Assembly (NCBI GenBank): GCA_041601615.1
Contig: JBFIHX010000008.1
Coordinates: forward strand, 30,677-94,676
From: Thermoplasmatota archaeon
GTDB taxonomy: Archaea; Thermoplasmatota; E2; JACPAO01; JAHFTW01
Direction: 5' to 3'
DNA: 64,000 nucleotides
Below the pieces are notes generated by a model that saw only the letters and a program-made list of their open reading frames with translations, ran no database searches and had not been told where the DNA came from. The translations under genes and the position numbers were made by a program. This document shows positions 1 through 8,762 of the stretch, in pieces; position 1 is the stretch's first letter, and each line of letters starts with the position of its first letter.

Positions 1-116
1 GGCCCGAGAACCGCCCACCGGGTCCAGGAGGAGTACCTGCAAGCCTCGGCGGGCCGCCGTGATGGCGGTGGCCGTACCCGATGGGCCGCCCCCGAGCACC
101 ACGAGGTCCGCAACGT

Positions 117-2066
117 TCATGCTTTGGCGGCCTTGGATTGGGGCGGACGAGCAGGAGCATCTTCTGGGCTTGCAACAGGGACCGGTGCAGTCGTTCTGGG
201 TGCTGCCTCGGCGACGCGGGCTTGTCGGTCGTGGAGGATGTTGACCGCGTGGCCTGCCATGCGGACGGCGTGGACGGGCAGTGGTGTGGTTCGAGGGCGG
301 CTCTCGACGAGGAATTCGGAGGGGAAGGACGCGCCGAATGCTACTTTGTGGCGCTCCAGGATGCCGAGTTCTCCAAACATGGTCACCATGTTGTTGATGT
401 GGGTCTGATAGTGGCCGCCGCTGGAGGGCCCTAGGATGCGGCTCCAATCGGCGCGATCCAAGAAGAGTGCTTCCAGGCGCTTGCGGTCGCGGGGGGTTGC
501 TTGCATCTCCTGGAAGGTTTCCTGGGTCAGCACTTGGTTGGGCACGCGGGCGGGCCAGAACGTGGGCAGGAATTCGTCGTACGAGGCGTCGTAGCCGGCG
601 TTGCAACTGGAGGTGTCGGTTTGCCAGGGTACGGCCATCCATTTGCTAAGGTCTCCTGCGCGACTGCCGTCCAGGCAACTGCCGGGGCCAAAAACGGGTG
701 TTGGTTGCAGCGTGGCGGGCGGCAGAGGGGCCGGTCCGGTGGCTTCCTTGATGCGCATGCCCGCCCGGTAGAGAACCGGTTGCCGCATGGGCCAGGTCAG
801 TTCGCAGCCGGGGTGGAAGGCGCCTCCCAGGCAGGCTTGGAGCTGTGCTTGGTCCATGGAGGCGGGACGTCGCTGGAGTGGCACTTCGCTGAGTTGCGTG
901 GCGCGGCGGGGACGGCCTTTTTGGAAGGTCCCCGCGGCCCAGAGGCGCAGCCGATCGTATTGCAGGTGTGTGAGTGCAAGCCACTGGCGCGTGTCCTGGG
1001 GCGTCAGGTCCATGCCGTCGCCGTAGATGGGCGGCAGGGCTTGGCTCGACATGGTGGTGTAATCGGGGTCTCGAAACAGATGGAACACTTGGGTGCGCAG
1101 TTCTTTCCACTCAGGCGAGGGGTTGGCAAGGCGGCGCAGCATGCGGGGCGCCAGGAAGTCCATGAGTCCGCCTTTGCCAAATTGCACAAGGAAGCCTTTG
1201 TTGGCCCATTGCGTTGTCGCCATGCGCTCAAAGATTGGGTAGATGTGGTCGTAGAACACAACGGGCTCGGTGGGGGGCGTGCCGGGGGCGTGCTTGACGT
1301 TCTCCCAGACATCGAACATGGTGACGGGGTCGTTGAGGCCGGGGCCGTAGTCGGGCGGAGCGACCGCGACCCAGGCGCCGTCGACGGGGACCTCGCGGCC
1401 TGAGCCATTCATTCGAACCGTGGCGTATACGGGGCCGTCGCTCGTGTCATCGTGCCAGCCAGGATTGTTGCCAAAACTCACGGCGGGGCGGCCGTCGTTG
1501 GAGGCAGAGACACCTAGGCCTCCGAAAAACAGCAAGCGCCCATCCGGGTCGGTTTGAAGTTCCCCAAGGTAGACGGACTTGTCAAAGAAACGGCCCGTGT
1601 CGAACTTGGGGGCCTTGTCGCCGGCCACACTTGGACCCGAGACGCTGCGGGGCCCGGGCACAATCTCCAGTTTGCTCCGGTCGGCTCCCTGGATGGTGTC
1701 GTTGCGCAGCCCCACAGGTTGGGCCTCTGGAATGTCCATGGCGGTGGCGAACTTGTACCAACTGGATTTTTTGTTGGCAACTTCAACGGTCCACGCGATC
1801 TGAGCGTCGTCGAGCGTCAATTCCTGCACGACTCGGCCGCGAGCATCGTAGCCATAGACCCGGAACCGAACCGCTTGGCGCTTGATGCGGCCTTGCGCGT
1901 CCTTGTACCCTCCCGGGGGCGCCTCGACGGCATCCGGCACTTCGGGCCCTAGAAAATATTCATCCGGGCTGTTGCCGATGCGAGCAATACCGATGGCCGG
2001 GTGGATGGCGGCACGAACGATTCGAGACGTTTTCTTGGATTCCGGCGCGGCGCCATCTAGGGTCAT
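117..2066 (-). CDS. LodA/GoxA-like quinoprotein L-amino-acid (lysine epsilon) oxidase family, tentative. ~650 aa after trimming an Arg-rich over-extension.
   Basis: The ORF runs 117..2519. The N-terminal 151 aa are an Arg-rich GC artefact. The start was re-placed at ATG 2066 (MTLDGAAPESKK). The length, the W/C-rich core (WMAVPWQTDTSSCNAGYD) and the overall composition resemble LodA-like oxidases. The family assignment is from memory only. Confidence 0.45.
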   Translation of the reverse strand: MTLDGAAPESKKTSRIVRAAIHPAIGIARIGNSPDEYFLGPEVPDAVEAPPGGYKDAQGRIKRQAVRFRVYGYDARGRVVQELTLDDAQIAWTVEVANKKSSWYKFATAMDIPEAQPVGLRNDTIQGADRSKLEIVPGPRSVSGPSVAGDKAPKFDTGRFFDKSVYLGELQTDPDGRLLFFGGLGVSASNDGRPAVSFGNNPGWHDDTSDGPVYATVRMNGSGREVPVDGAWVAVAPPDYGPGLNDPVTMFDVWENVKHAPGTPPTEPVVFYDHIYPIFERMATTQWANKGFLVQFGKGGLMDFLAPRMLRRLANPSPEWKELRTQVFHLFRDPDYTTMSSQALPPIYGDGMDLTPQDTRQWLALTHLQYDRLRLWAAGTFQKGRPRRATQLSEVPLQRRPASMDQAQLQACLGGAFHPGCELTWPMRQPVLYRAGMRIKEATGPAPLPPATLQPTPVFGPGSCLDGSRAGDLSKWMAVPWQTDTSSCNAGYDASYDEFLPTFWPARVPNQVLTQETFQEMQATPRDRKRLEALFLDRADWSRILGPSSGGHYQTHINNMVTMFGELGILERHKVAFGASFPSEFLVESRPRTTPLPVHAVRMAGHAVNILHDRQARVAEAAPRTTAPVPVASPEDAPARPPQSKAAKA

Positions 2067-2146
2067 AAGCGAGACTCCAACTTGGTACAGCGACAGGCGA
2101 TTATAACCGAGCTTGACGATGAACGGCCAACGTACGCACAAACCAA

Positions 2147-3202
2147 GTGCTTCAGGCCAATCCTGAAACACTGTCCCGCCTCGGCGCCCCCGTGGCATTG
2201 GCCGTCCTGCTCTCCGGCGACCCCACCAGCATTCCCCGCGCCGAGGCCGAGGCCTTGCTGCGACCCGAGCGCTGGATCGGCGACCGCGTCGTGCTCTGTG
2301 CTGACGACGACGGGCCCGCCGCCGCCCGACTTGCCTACGGCCGCATATACGGGTCCTTCTGGGCCGACGCCGAGGACACTCCGGAAGGCCACGCAGCGCT
2401 TGCGCAAGTGGTACGAGACCTTGCCCCCGGCGCCAGCACCGCCGCCGTACAAACCGTGCGCACAGGCGAGGACAAATCACCACACAAGCACGCCGTCGAG
2501 AGGCTGCTTGGCGGAGCACTCATGGACGCTGGCCACTCCATTGACCTTGACACACCCGTCTTCGTGGTGTTTGCTTGGTTCCACGCCGGTCGCGTCGTCG
2601 TGGGCAAGCTCGAAGGCAATATGGAGCATGATTTCGAGCACCGCACCGTGCAAAAACGCGCCCACTTCAGTCCCGTAAGCCTCCATCCGCGCCTCGCGCT
2701 TGCACTTGTGCACCTCACCCGTTGTGGCTCCGGCCAACGCATCCATGACCCCTTCTGCGGCACGGGCGGACTTGTCTTGGAAGCGGCATTGGATGGCTTC
2801 GACGCCTCCGGCTCCGACTTGGACGCCTGGATGGTAGCCGGCACCCTGGGAACGCTCGCCGATGAAGGCCCAGAACCCCTCGACGCGCCCGCATTCGTTG
2901 CCGACGTGGCCGACGTACCCAACTTGCTTGGGCCGGGGAGCGTGGACGGCATCGTCACAGACCTACCCTACGGAGGCGCAAGCACCACCAACAAAGAGGC
3001 GATCGCAAGCCTCTACGACCGCGCATTTGCCGCCTTCGCGCTCCTGTTGCCCGCGGGCCGCCGCGTGGTGTTCGGATGCCACGACGAAGCACTCGGTCGC
3101 CGCATCGAGGACGCCGGGTTCCGCGTCGAAGCCGTGCATGAACAGTTCGTCCACCGCAGCCTGACACGGCGGTTCTTCGTGGCTCTGCGAAGCGACCGTT
3201 AA
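2147..3202 (+). CDS. THUMP-domain tRNA (guanine-N2) methyltransferase, Trm-G10/Trm11-like
   Basis: The N-terminus matches the Trm-G10 LLSGDPT...AEAEALL pattern. It has the SAM motif DPFCGTGGLVLEAA and the catalytic DLPYG motif. Confidence 0.7.
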   Translation: MLQANPETLSRLGAPVALAVLLSGDPTSIPRAEAEALLRPERWIGDRVVLCADDDGPAAARLAYGRIYGSFWADAEDTPEGHAALAQVVRDLAPGASTAAVQTVRTGEDKSPHKHAVERLLGGALMDAGHSIDLDTPVFVVFAWFHAGRVVVGKLEGNMEHDFEHRTVQKRAHFSPVSLHPRLALALVHLTRCGSGQRIHDPFCGTGGLVLEAALDGFDASGSDLDAWMVAGTLGTLADEGPEPLDAPAFVADVADVPNLLGPGSVDGIVTDLPYGGASTTNKEAIASLYDRAFAAFALLLPAGRRVVFGCHDEALGRRIEDAGFRVEAVHEQFVHRSLTRRFFVALRSDR

Positions 3203-3267
3203 AAGCGCCTAGGCGGTCGACAACAGAGTATGGGACTGGTCAGCACGCAAAACGGAGCTGCGGCGTA

Positions 3268-4188
3268 GTGGCCGCCGACATGACGGTGACATTTCTTGGC
3301 ACCGGCGCCAGTTGGCCCACCGTGCAGCGCGGCCTTTCTAGCGTCGCCTTGAAGCGTGGCGGCGAAATCGTCTTGTTCGACTGCGGTGAAGGGACACAGC
3401 GCCAACTCCAGCTCTCGGACTTGTCGTATCAGCAAATCACGCAGATCTACCTCACGCACTACCACGGCGACCACTGCTTTGGCGTGCCTGGCCTCGTCAA
3501 GACCATGGCACTGAACGAACGCGACCGGCCGCTATGGATCTACGGCCCCCGAGGCCTGCAACGTATGGTGGACGCCTGGCAAAAAATGGGCGGATGGACG
3601 AAGCAATTTCCCATCCACGTCCAGGAGCTTGCCCCCGGCGACCGAATCGAACGCGACGGCTACACCATCGAAGTACACGAGGCCGATCACAGCATCCAAA
3701 ACATCAGCTACGCGCTGCAAGAACCGATGCGCCCCGGCCGCTTCGACAAACCCGGCGCTCTGGCCATGGGCATCCCAGAGGGCCGCATGTTTGGCATGCT
3801 GCAACGAGGCCAGAGTGTGACCCTGGACGATGGCCGCAAAATCGATCCCTCCATGGTGCTCGGCCCCAGCCGCCCAGGACGGCGCGTGGTCTACAGCGGC
3901 GACACCCAACCCTGCCTTGGGCTCATGGAAGCAGCCCGCGACGCCGACTTGTTCATTTGCGAAGCCAGTTTCACATCCGACCTCGTTGATCGGGCCCGCG
4001 AAGTCAAACACATGTGCGCCGGAGAAGCGGCCGCGATCGCCCACAAGGCCGGCGCCCGTGGCCTCGCACTTACCCACATCAGTCCGCGCTACAAAGACGC
4101 CACTCCGGTGCTCGAAGAAGCCCAAGCGGTCTTCCCCTCGGCTGTCCTTGCCGAGGACTTGATGACATTGGAGGTGCCGTTTCGGTGA
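3268..4188 (+). CDS. rnz: ribonuclease Z (tRNA 3' endonuclease)
   Basis: Metallo-beta-lactamase fold with the HYHGDH motif. Length and layout are typical of short-form RNase Z. Confidence 0.85.
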   Translation: MAADMTVTFLGTGASWPTVQRGLSSVALKRGGEIVLFDCGEGTQRQLQLSDLSYQQITQIYLTHYHGDHCFGVPGLVKTMALNERDRPLWIYGPRGLQRMVDAWQKMGGWTKQFPIHVQELAPGDRIERDGYTIEVHEADHSIQNISYALQEPMRPGRFDKPGALAMGIPEGRMFGMLQRGQSVTLDDGRKIDPSMVLGPSRPGRRVVYSGDTQPCLGLMEAARDADLFICEASFTSDLVDRAREVKHMCAGEAAAIAHKAGARGLALTHISPRYKDATPVLEEAQAVFPSAVLAEDLMTLEVPFR

Positions 4189-4703
4189 AGGGGCTCCTCG
4201 CTTTGCTGGCCGCTGCCAGTGCGAGCGAGGACGCCCCCGACGACGAATCGGCTGCCATGGAGGCCAAGAAACAGGCCCAATTGGAGCTGGCTCGCCAACG
4301 ATTGCGCGAAGCAATGATGACGCGGGAACCGGCAACGCCCGTGCGACCCGAACCGGAAGCAGCGCCTACTGGACAAGGCGCTCCGGCTCGCGGCAAGGTC
4401 GGCCAGACCGTGGACAAATACTTCGGCACCAAACTGCCCCCCGTCTGCGCTCGGCTTGGCTGCTACTTGACCGACGATGGCAAGCGATTCTACTGCGTCA
4501 ATCCGGGCTGCCAGAAGCACAAGAAACGAGCCACCAAGCACAGCCGCGTCAAGAAGGCCCGCGAAGTGCCCGGCGTGTACTTTCGCTGCCCCAAGTGCCA
4601 GAGTCGCAGCCTGGAAATCCTGCATGAGGCCAACGAGTATGCCTGCTTGGACTGCAAGCACCACTGGCCGCGTGCCCCGATCGAACCGCCGTCGGCCGAC
4701 TAA
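4185..4703 (+). CDS. zinc-ribbon protein with hydrophobic N-terminus and coiled-coil segment (hypothetical)
   Basis: A GTG at 4185 overlaps the rnz stop. Four CxxC-type pairs are present (CARLGC, CVNPGC, CPKC, CLDC). The start is uncertain; alternative ATGs lie at 4258 and 4318. Confidence 0.45.
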   Translation: MKGLLALLAAASASEDAPDDESAAMEAKKQAQLELARQRLREAMMTREPATPVRPEPEAAPTGQGAPARGKVGQTVDKYFGTKLPPVCARLGCYLTDDGKRFYCVNPGCQKHKKRATKHSRVKKAREVPGVYFRCPKCQSRSLEILHEANEYACLDCKHHWPRAPIEPPSAD

Positions 4704-5158
4704 GAGGACGGCACGGAACCCGGCGGTTCCTTGCGGCCGATGATTTCGCCCTCCGCCGTCTCCGGGCACAGCCACCATACAAGGTGCTCCGCGTCTGGCC
4801 ATGGATCTGACTCCTCCAGTTCCACCACGATCGTGAGGTCGCCAAGCACATGGGGTGTCGGAGGGACCGCCACTTGACCCGCCAGCGCCGCCTGCTTGCC
4901 GATGCGAAAACGCAGGACGCGCTCGTGGGCGCCAGGCAGGACATTGCGGCGGAAGGCGTCGATGATGCGCAATTCCCACACGCGAGCACGCAAGGTGTCC
5001 AACTCCGACGCGGTGGCCGAAATGGAATCGTCATGCAACACCGGCTCTGCATCGGGCCAAAACATCACAAGCGCATCGGCGACCTTGTCCGGATCCTCCG
5101 TGGGCCGAACGGGCGTGGACAACTGGATGCGCACAGCCGCGCCAGTCCGGGCCTGCAC
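4700..5158 (-). CDS. UPF0201/DUF54-like archaeal conserved protein (predicted RNA-binding), tentative
   Basis: The V-R-P-T-E-D-x-x-K-V-x-x-A-L N-terminal signature and the ~150 aa length are recalled from archaeal UPF0201 proteins. Confidence 0.4.
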   Translation of the reverse strand: MQARTGAAVRIQLSTPVRPTEDPDKVADALVMFWPDAEPVLHDDSISATASELDTLRARVWELRIIDAFRRNVLPGAHERVLRFRIGKQAALAGQVAVPPTPHVLGDLTIVVELEESDPWPDAEHLVWWLCPETAEGEIIGRKEPPGSVPSS

Positions 5159-5205
5159 AAAAGCAAATCACTCTCGTGAAAGGTCAGGAGAGCCGGCGGA
5201 GCGAT

Positions 5206-5586
5206 TCACTTGGAGCCGAACATCAAGACGAGCCCCATGACGCCAAGCGACGGGGCAACGACGAGGTTCAATGGATAATCCAGGAAGTAAACACTCGCAG
5301 GCACCAGGGCAAGGGCGGGCACGGCGAGGACACGCAGGAACGTCTGCATGCGTCGTTCTTTGCGCATGCGGTTGCTGACGCGCCCGGACGCCTTGGTGCC
5401 CGGCTTGTAATGGCGAAACCGGTGCTTGCGCTTCCCGTACAATTTCTTGCGTTTTCGGGGCTTTTCGGGCTTGACCTTGACCGGCCTTGCCAGCTCAGAG
5501 TCTTCTGCCCAAAGGTTGCTGGTGTGCAACGTGGACCCGGGGGCCATGGGAGCGTATTGCCCTTGGGTCAAAAAGGCGCTTGTCAC
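5206..5586 (-). CDS. small protein: basic N-terminal region plus C-terminal double-TM segment (hypothetical; start uncertain)
   Basis: This is the only plausible ORF in the gap at 5160-5690. It has a hydrophobic C-terminal ~45 aa. It may be shorter, starting at the internal Met MQTFLRVL. Confidence 0.25.
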   Translation of the reverse strand: MTSAFLTQGQYAPMAPGSTLHTSNLWAEDSELARPVKVKPEKPRKRKKLYGKRKHRFRHYKPGTKASGRVSNRMRKERRMQTFLRVLAVPALALVPASVYFLDYPLNLVVAPSLGVMGLVLMFGSK

Positions 5587-5691
5587 TTGTACGCAGGCCC
5601 AAAATCCCCAAAATCGAGCGGGTTTCGGGCCGATTTTCGCTGCATTGTGGCCACCGTTCCTCGGCCCAAGTCGCCAGCCATCCCAACCCGG

Positions 5692-6603
5692 TTACGCCGG
5701 ACCCACAGGCACCGGCGGAATGGATCGAACGAGACGGGCGCCGTGCGGCTCGACGCGGCTGCGAAGGATGCGTCCGTGTCCCTCAAGCAACGCCTCAGCG
5801 CGGTCGAGATCTCCGGGTGCGCCTTGGACCCAGAGCGTCGTCCCGAGCATGCACTGTCCCCAGTAGACATCCTCGGGCAATTGCTGACCCAATGCGACCA
5901 TGTGGTCGGGTCGAAGGCCGAGGGCGGTGCTGAACGTGGCCGCCTCGTGCAGAAGCTGCGTCCAAGCGGCTCCCCGCCCGGCTTCCAGCACGCGATCCAC
6001 GGCGGCGTCTCCGTGTCGGCGGGTGCGTTCCTTCCAGGAGTGGTCTTGGATGATGCTCTTGGTGCTGATTTCGCCGCCCAGCACGCAAAATAGGAATTCG
6101 GTCGCTTCGGGAACGGCAATTTGCATGGCCCAGCCGTGCGGGGGGCAGCCGGGGCGGATGCGGAGTTCGGCACCGCCAAACCAGGAGCCGACGGCGTCGC
6201 CAAGCCCTGCTCCGAGTTCCACTTCGGCAGCATGGGTGGCGGCGAGCGCATCTTCGGGTTCGCGGTCCAAGAGGCGGGCCGCCGCAAGGCAAGTGGCAAG
6301 CGTGCCGGCGGCACTCATTCCGAAGCCTTGGCCCAGGGGAAGTTGGATGTGGATGTCCACGTCGAAGAAGTCCTCGGGTGCCAGAATTTCAAGGGCGCGG
6401 CGCGTCACGGGTGCGTCGTGTTCTTCGCCGTTGATGCGCACGTCGTTTTGACCGGTCTCGTAAGGCAGCACACTGGCGTAGGCTCCTTTTTGCAGGCACC
6501 ATCCGCCGCCTCGGCTGCCGTTTTGCACGGGTTCGGCAAAGGCGTCGTGGACCGCAAAGAAGCCGGTGACATGGCCGGGGGCAAAGGCGCAGGCGCGGTT
6601 CAT
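5692..6603 (-). CDS. pantoate kinase (archaeal CoA pathway, GHMP-kinase family)
   Basis: GHVTGFF N-terminal signature, GHMP-kinase Gly-rich loop (PLGQGFGMSAAG), ~300 aa, adjacent to coaBC. Confidence 0.75.
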   Translation of the reverse strand: MNRACAFAPGHVTGFFAVHDAFAEPVQNGSRGGGWCLQKGAYASVLPYETGQNDVRINGEEHDAPVTRRALEILAPEDFFDVDIHIQLPLGQGFGMSAAGTLATCLAAARLLDREPEDALAATHAAEVELGAGLGDAVGSWFGGAELRIRPGCPPHGWAMQIAVPEATEFLFCVLGGEISTKSIIQDHSWKERTRRHGDAAVDRVLEAGRGAAWTQLLHEAATFSTALGLRPDHMVALGQQLPEDVYWGQCMLGTTLWVQGAPGDLDRAEALLEGHGRILRSRVEPHGARLVRSIPPVPVGPA

Positions 6604-7838
6604 GGGGCGCTCCGTTCTTCAGCCACGCGGCGCGCGATCTCTGCGAGCACCGTTTCCTTGGGGCCTTCGTAGTGTTCTTGCAGGCCGTTGGCTCCGAGCA
6701 GCCATGCTTCTGTGTCGTGGGCGCCAAAGCTGCGGGCGGTGTTGGCGATGATGAATTGGGCGCCGTAGCGCTCCAGGCGTCCTCGGGCTCGATCCAGCAG
6801 GGCGTCGGCGTCGCTTTCGGCTTTGAAGGCCACGAGTGTTGCGCGGGGGAGGCGGGCGCGGATGGATTCGATGATTTTGCCAAGCGGCCGGAGTGTGAGG
6901 GTGAGGTCTTGTTCCGACGCGAGCTTGGTGGGGCTGGCTTCGGGGGCGTAGTCGTTGATGGCAGCGGGCATCCAGACTTGGTCGTAGGCGTCGTCCGTGG
7001 CGCCGTCGCCCAGGCTTTCGACGAGTCGCACCAAGTCCGCGTGGGTCGAATAGCGCAGGGTTCGTTCTTCCAAATCGGCGGTCACGGGGGCGGTGGCGTT
7101 GCCGTACCAGAGGCGGACGTGGGCGCCAAGCCTGCGCAGTTCGCGGGCAAGCACGAGGGCACTTTGGCCGCTGCTGCGGTTGGTGAGCACGCGCATGGGG
7201 TCCACGGGTTCAGCGGTGGCGCCACCGACCACGAGGGCGGATTTTCCGGCAAGTGGACCGTGTTGTTGGGCAAGCCGATGGATGACTGCTTCCACGATTG
7301 CCTCCACGGGCGCGAGTTTGGCTTTCTTTTCCTCGTGTAGCGGCTCGACCCAGGTGACTCCGAGTTCTTCGACGAGGGCGCGGGCGTGTCGGCCAACAAT
7401 GGGGTGTTGGAGCATCGCTTCGTGCATCGCGGGGGCGACGACCACGGGAGTACGGGTGCCAAAGGCCACGGTGGCGCAGGTGGTGACGGGCGAGTCGTCG
7501 ATGCCGAGCGCCATTTTGCTCACGGTGTTGGCCGTGGCGGGTGCTATCAGAAGTAGGTCGGCTTTTTCGGGCACGTCACCAAGCAATTGGACGTGTTCCA
7601 CTTGGCCAGTGAGCTTGGTGACGACGGGGTTGCCGGTGGCAAATTCCATCGCAGCTTCCGTGAGGATGCCGAGGGCGGCGTCGCTCATGACTGCATGAAC
7701 CCGCGCACCATGGCGGCCTAGTTCTCGGGCAAGCTCCACGCACTTGACGGCGCCAATGCTGCCGCTGACGCCGAGGACGATGCGGCGGCCCTCGAGGTGG
7801 CGGCTGGCCAAACCCCGCAGGTTCTCCACCGGATGCAC
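6600..7838 (-). CDS. coaBC: bifunctional phosphopantothenoylcysteine decarboxylase / phosphopantothenate-cysteine ligase
   Basis: N-terminal flavoprotein domain (RIVLGVSGSIGA) plus C-terminal DFP/CoaB domain. Overlaps the pantoate kinase gene by 4 nt. Confidence 0.9.
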   Translation of the reverse strand: MHPVENLRGLASRHLEGRRIVLGVSGSIGAVKCVELARELGRHGARVHAVMSDAALGILTEAAMEFATGNPVVTKLTGQVEHVQLLGDVPEKADLLLIAPATANTVSKMALGIDDSPVTTCATVAFGTRTPVVVAPAMHEAMLQHPIVGRHARALVEELGVTWVEPLHEEKKAKLAPVEAIVEAVIHRLAQQHGPLAGKSALVVGGATAEPVDPMRVLTNRSSGQSALVLARELRRLGAHVRLWYGNATAPVTADLEERTLRYSTHADLVRLVESLGDGATDDAYDQVWMPAAINDYAPEASPTKLASEQDLTLTLRPLGKIIESIRARLPRATLVAFKAESDADALLDRARGRLERYGAQFIIANTARSFGAHDTEAWLLGANGLQEHYEGPKETVLAEIARRVAEERSAP

Positions 7839-7882
7839 GGGGGCTACTCGGCGAACTTGGCTTAAAAGGGCCCGGTCGGGTC

Positions 7883-8695
7883 GTGTCGCTGCGCGTGCGG
7901 AGGCACTTGATAAGTAGGCGCGGTTGTGCCTTGCGCGTGCCCATCACTGTCCACGAGACTGCCGAATTCGATGTCCAGGGAGGCGCGGTGATGGTGGCGT
8001 TTCCGAGTTTTGGCCTCGTGGGGACGTTGGCGGCCAATTTTTTGATCGAGCACTTGAAGCTCCAGGAAGTTGGGGCCTTGGACGGCGAGTCGTTCCCCAC
8101 ACTCGCGGTGGTGGAGGACGGAGAGCCGCTGTCGCCGATTCGTTTGTACTTTGGACACTTGGACGCAGCCAGTGCAGGCAGGACGCCGCTCGTGTTGGTG
8201 TTGTCGGAGTTCCAGCCAGATCCACCGATGGTGCATGAGTTGGCGGCGTCCTTGTTGCGTTGGAGCCACGACAAGGGCGCGGCACTAATGGTCAGCCCCG
8301 AGGGTTTGCTCGTGGAGGAGGACCCTAGCGGGCCCGATATGGAGGTGTTTGCGGCCGCGAGTTTGCCGGAGCTTCGGGAGCGGTTGCGTGGCCTGGGAAC
8401 GCCCTTGTTTCGCAACGGGCTGGTGACGGGAGTAACCGGCACGCTTCTTGCGATGGGCAAGCGCCAGGGCATGCCGATTGTGGGCGTGCTTGCGGAAGCG
8501 GTGCCCGATCAACCAGATGCGCGCAGTGCCGCCCAAGTGGTGACGTTGCTAGGTCGCTTGTTTGCGGTGGATTTGGACACTTCAGTCCTCCTGGCGGAAG
8601 CGGAGCGGTTTGAGGCGCGGGTGGCGGAGGCAATGCGGGTGCAGTTGACGCGGGACGGCGAGCGCGGCCACACGCAGTCGGTCATGTACGGATAG
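7883..8695 (+). CDS. PAC2-family (proteasome assembly chaperone-like, COG1938) protein
   Basis: AFPSFGLVGTLAANFLI core typical of archaeal PAC2. The true start may be the internal ATG at 7988. Confidence 0.65.
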   Translation: MSLRVRRHLISRRGCALRVPITVHETAEFDVQGGAVMVAFPSFGLVGTLAANFLIEHLKLQEVGALDGESFPTLAVVEDGEPLSPIRLYFGHLDAASAGRTPLVLVLSEFQPDPPMVHELAASLLRWSHDKGAALMVSPEGLLVEEDPSGPDMEVFAAASLPELRERLRGLGTPLFRNGLVTGVTGTLLAMGKRQGMPIVGVLAEAVPDQPDARSAAQVVTLLGRLFAVDLDTSVLLAEAERFEARVAEAMRVQLTRDGERGHTQSVMYG

Positions 8696-8762
8696 CACTT
8701 CGAGGCATGGCGGCGCCGGAGCCGTTGGGACCGCTTTTCTGTCCGACCCGTGTCCCCGCTTC

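Noticed and set aside
501-1403. 300-aa plus-strand ORF inside the oxidase gene, and similar long antisense ORFs (3532-4335, 9558-10664, 13178-14374, 18285-19217, 31529-32179, 36010-36978, 44904-46031, 62645-63715)
   Set aside because: They are antisense to well-supported genes. They have Gly/Ala/Val/Arg-rich compositions characteristic of GC-driven spurious frames.
117-2519. 800-aa ORF with a 150-aa Arg/Pro-rich N-terminal extension
   Set aside because: The extension is typical high-GC read-through before the real ATG at 2066. It was trimmed rather than called as a fusion.
5206-5586. Identification as Sec61-beta/SecE or a ribosomal protein because of the very basic N-terminal stretch
   Set aside because: The conserved Sec-beta or SecE motifs are absent. 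It is kept only as a low-confidence hypothetical.
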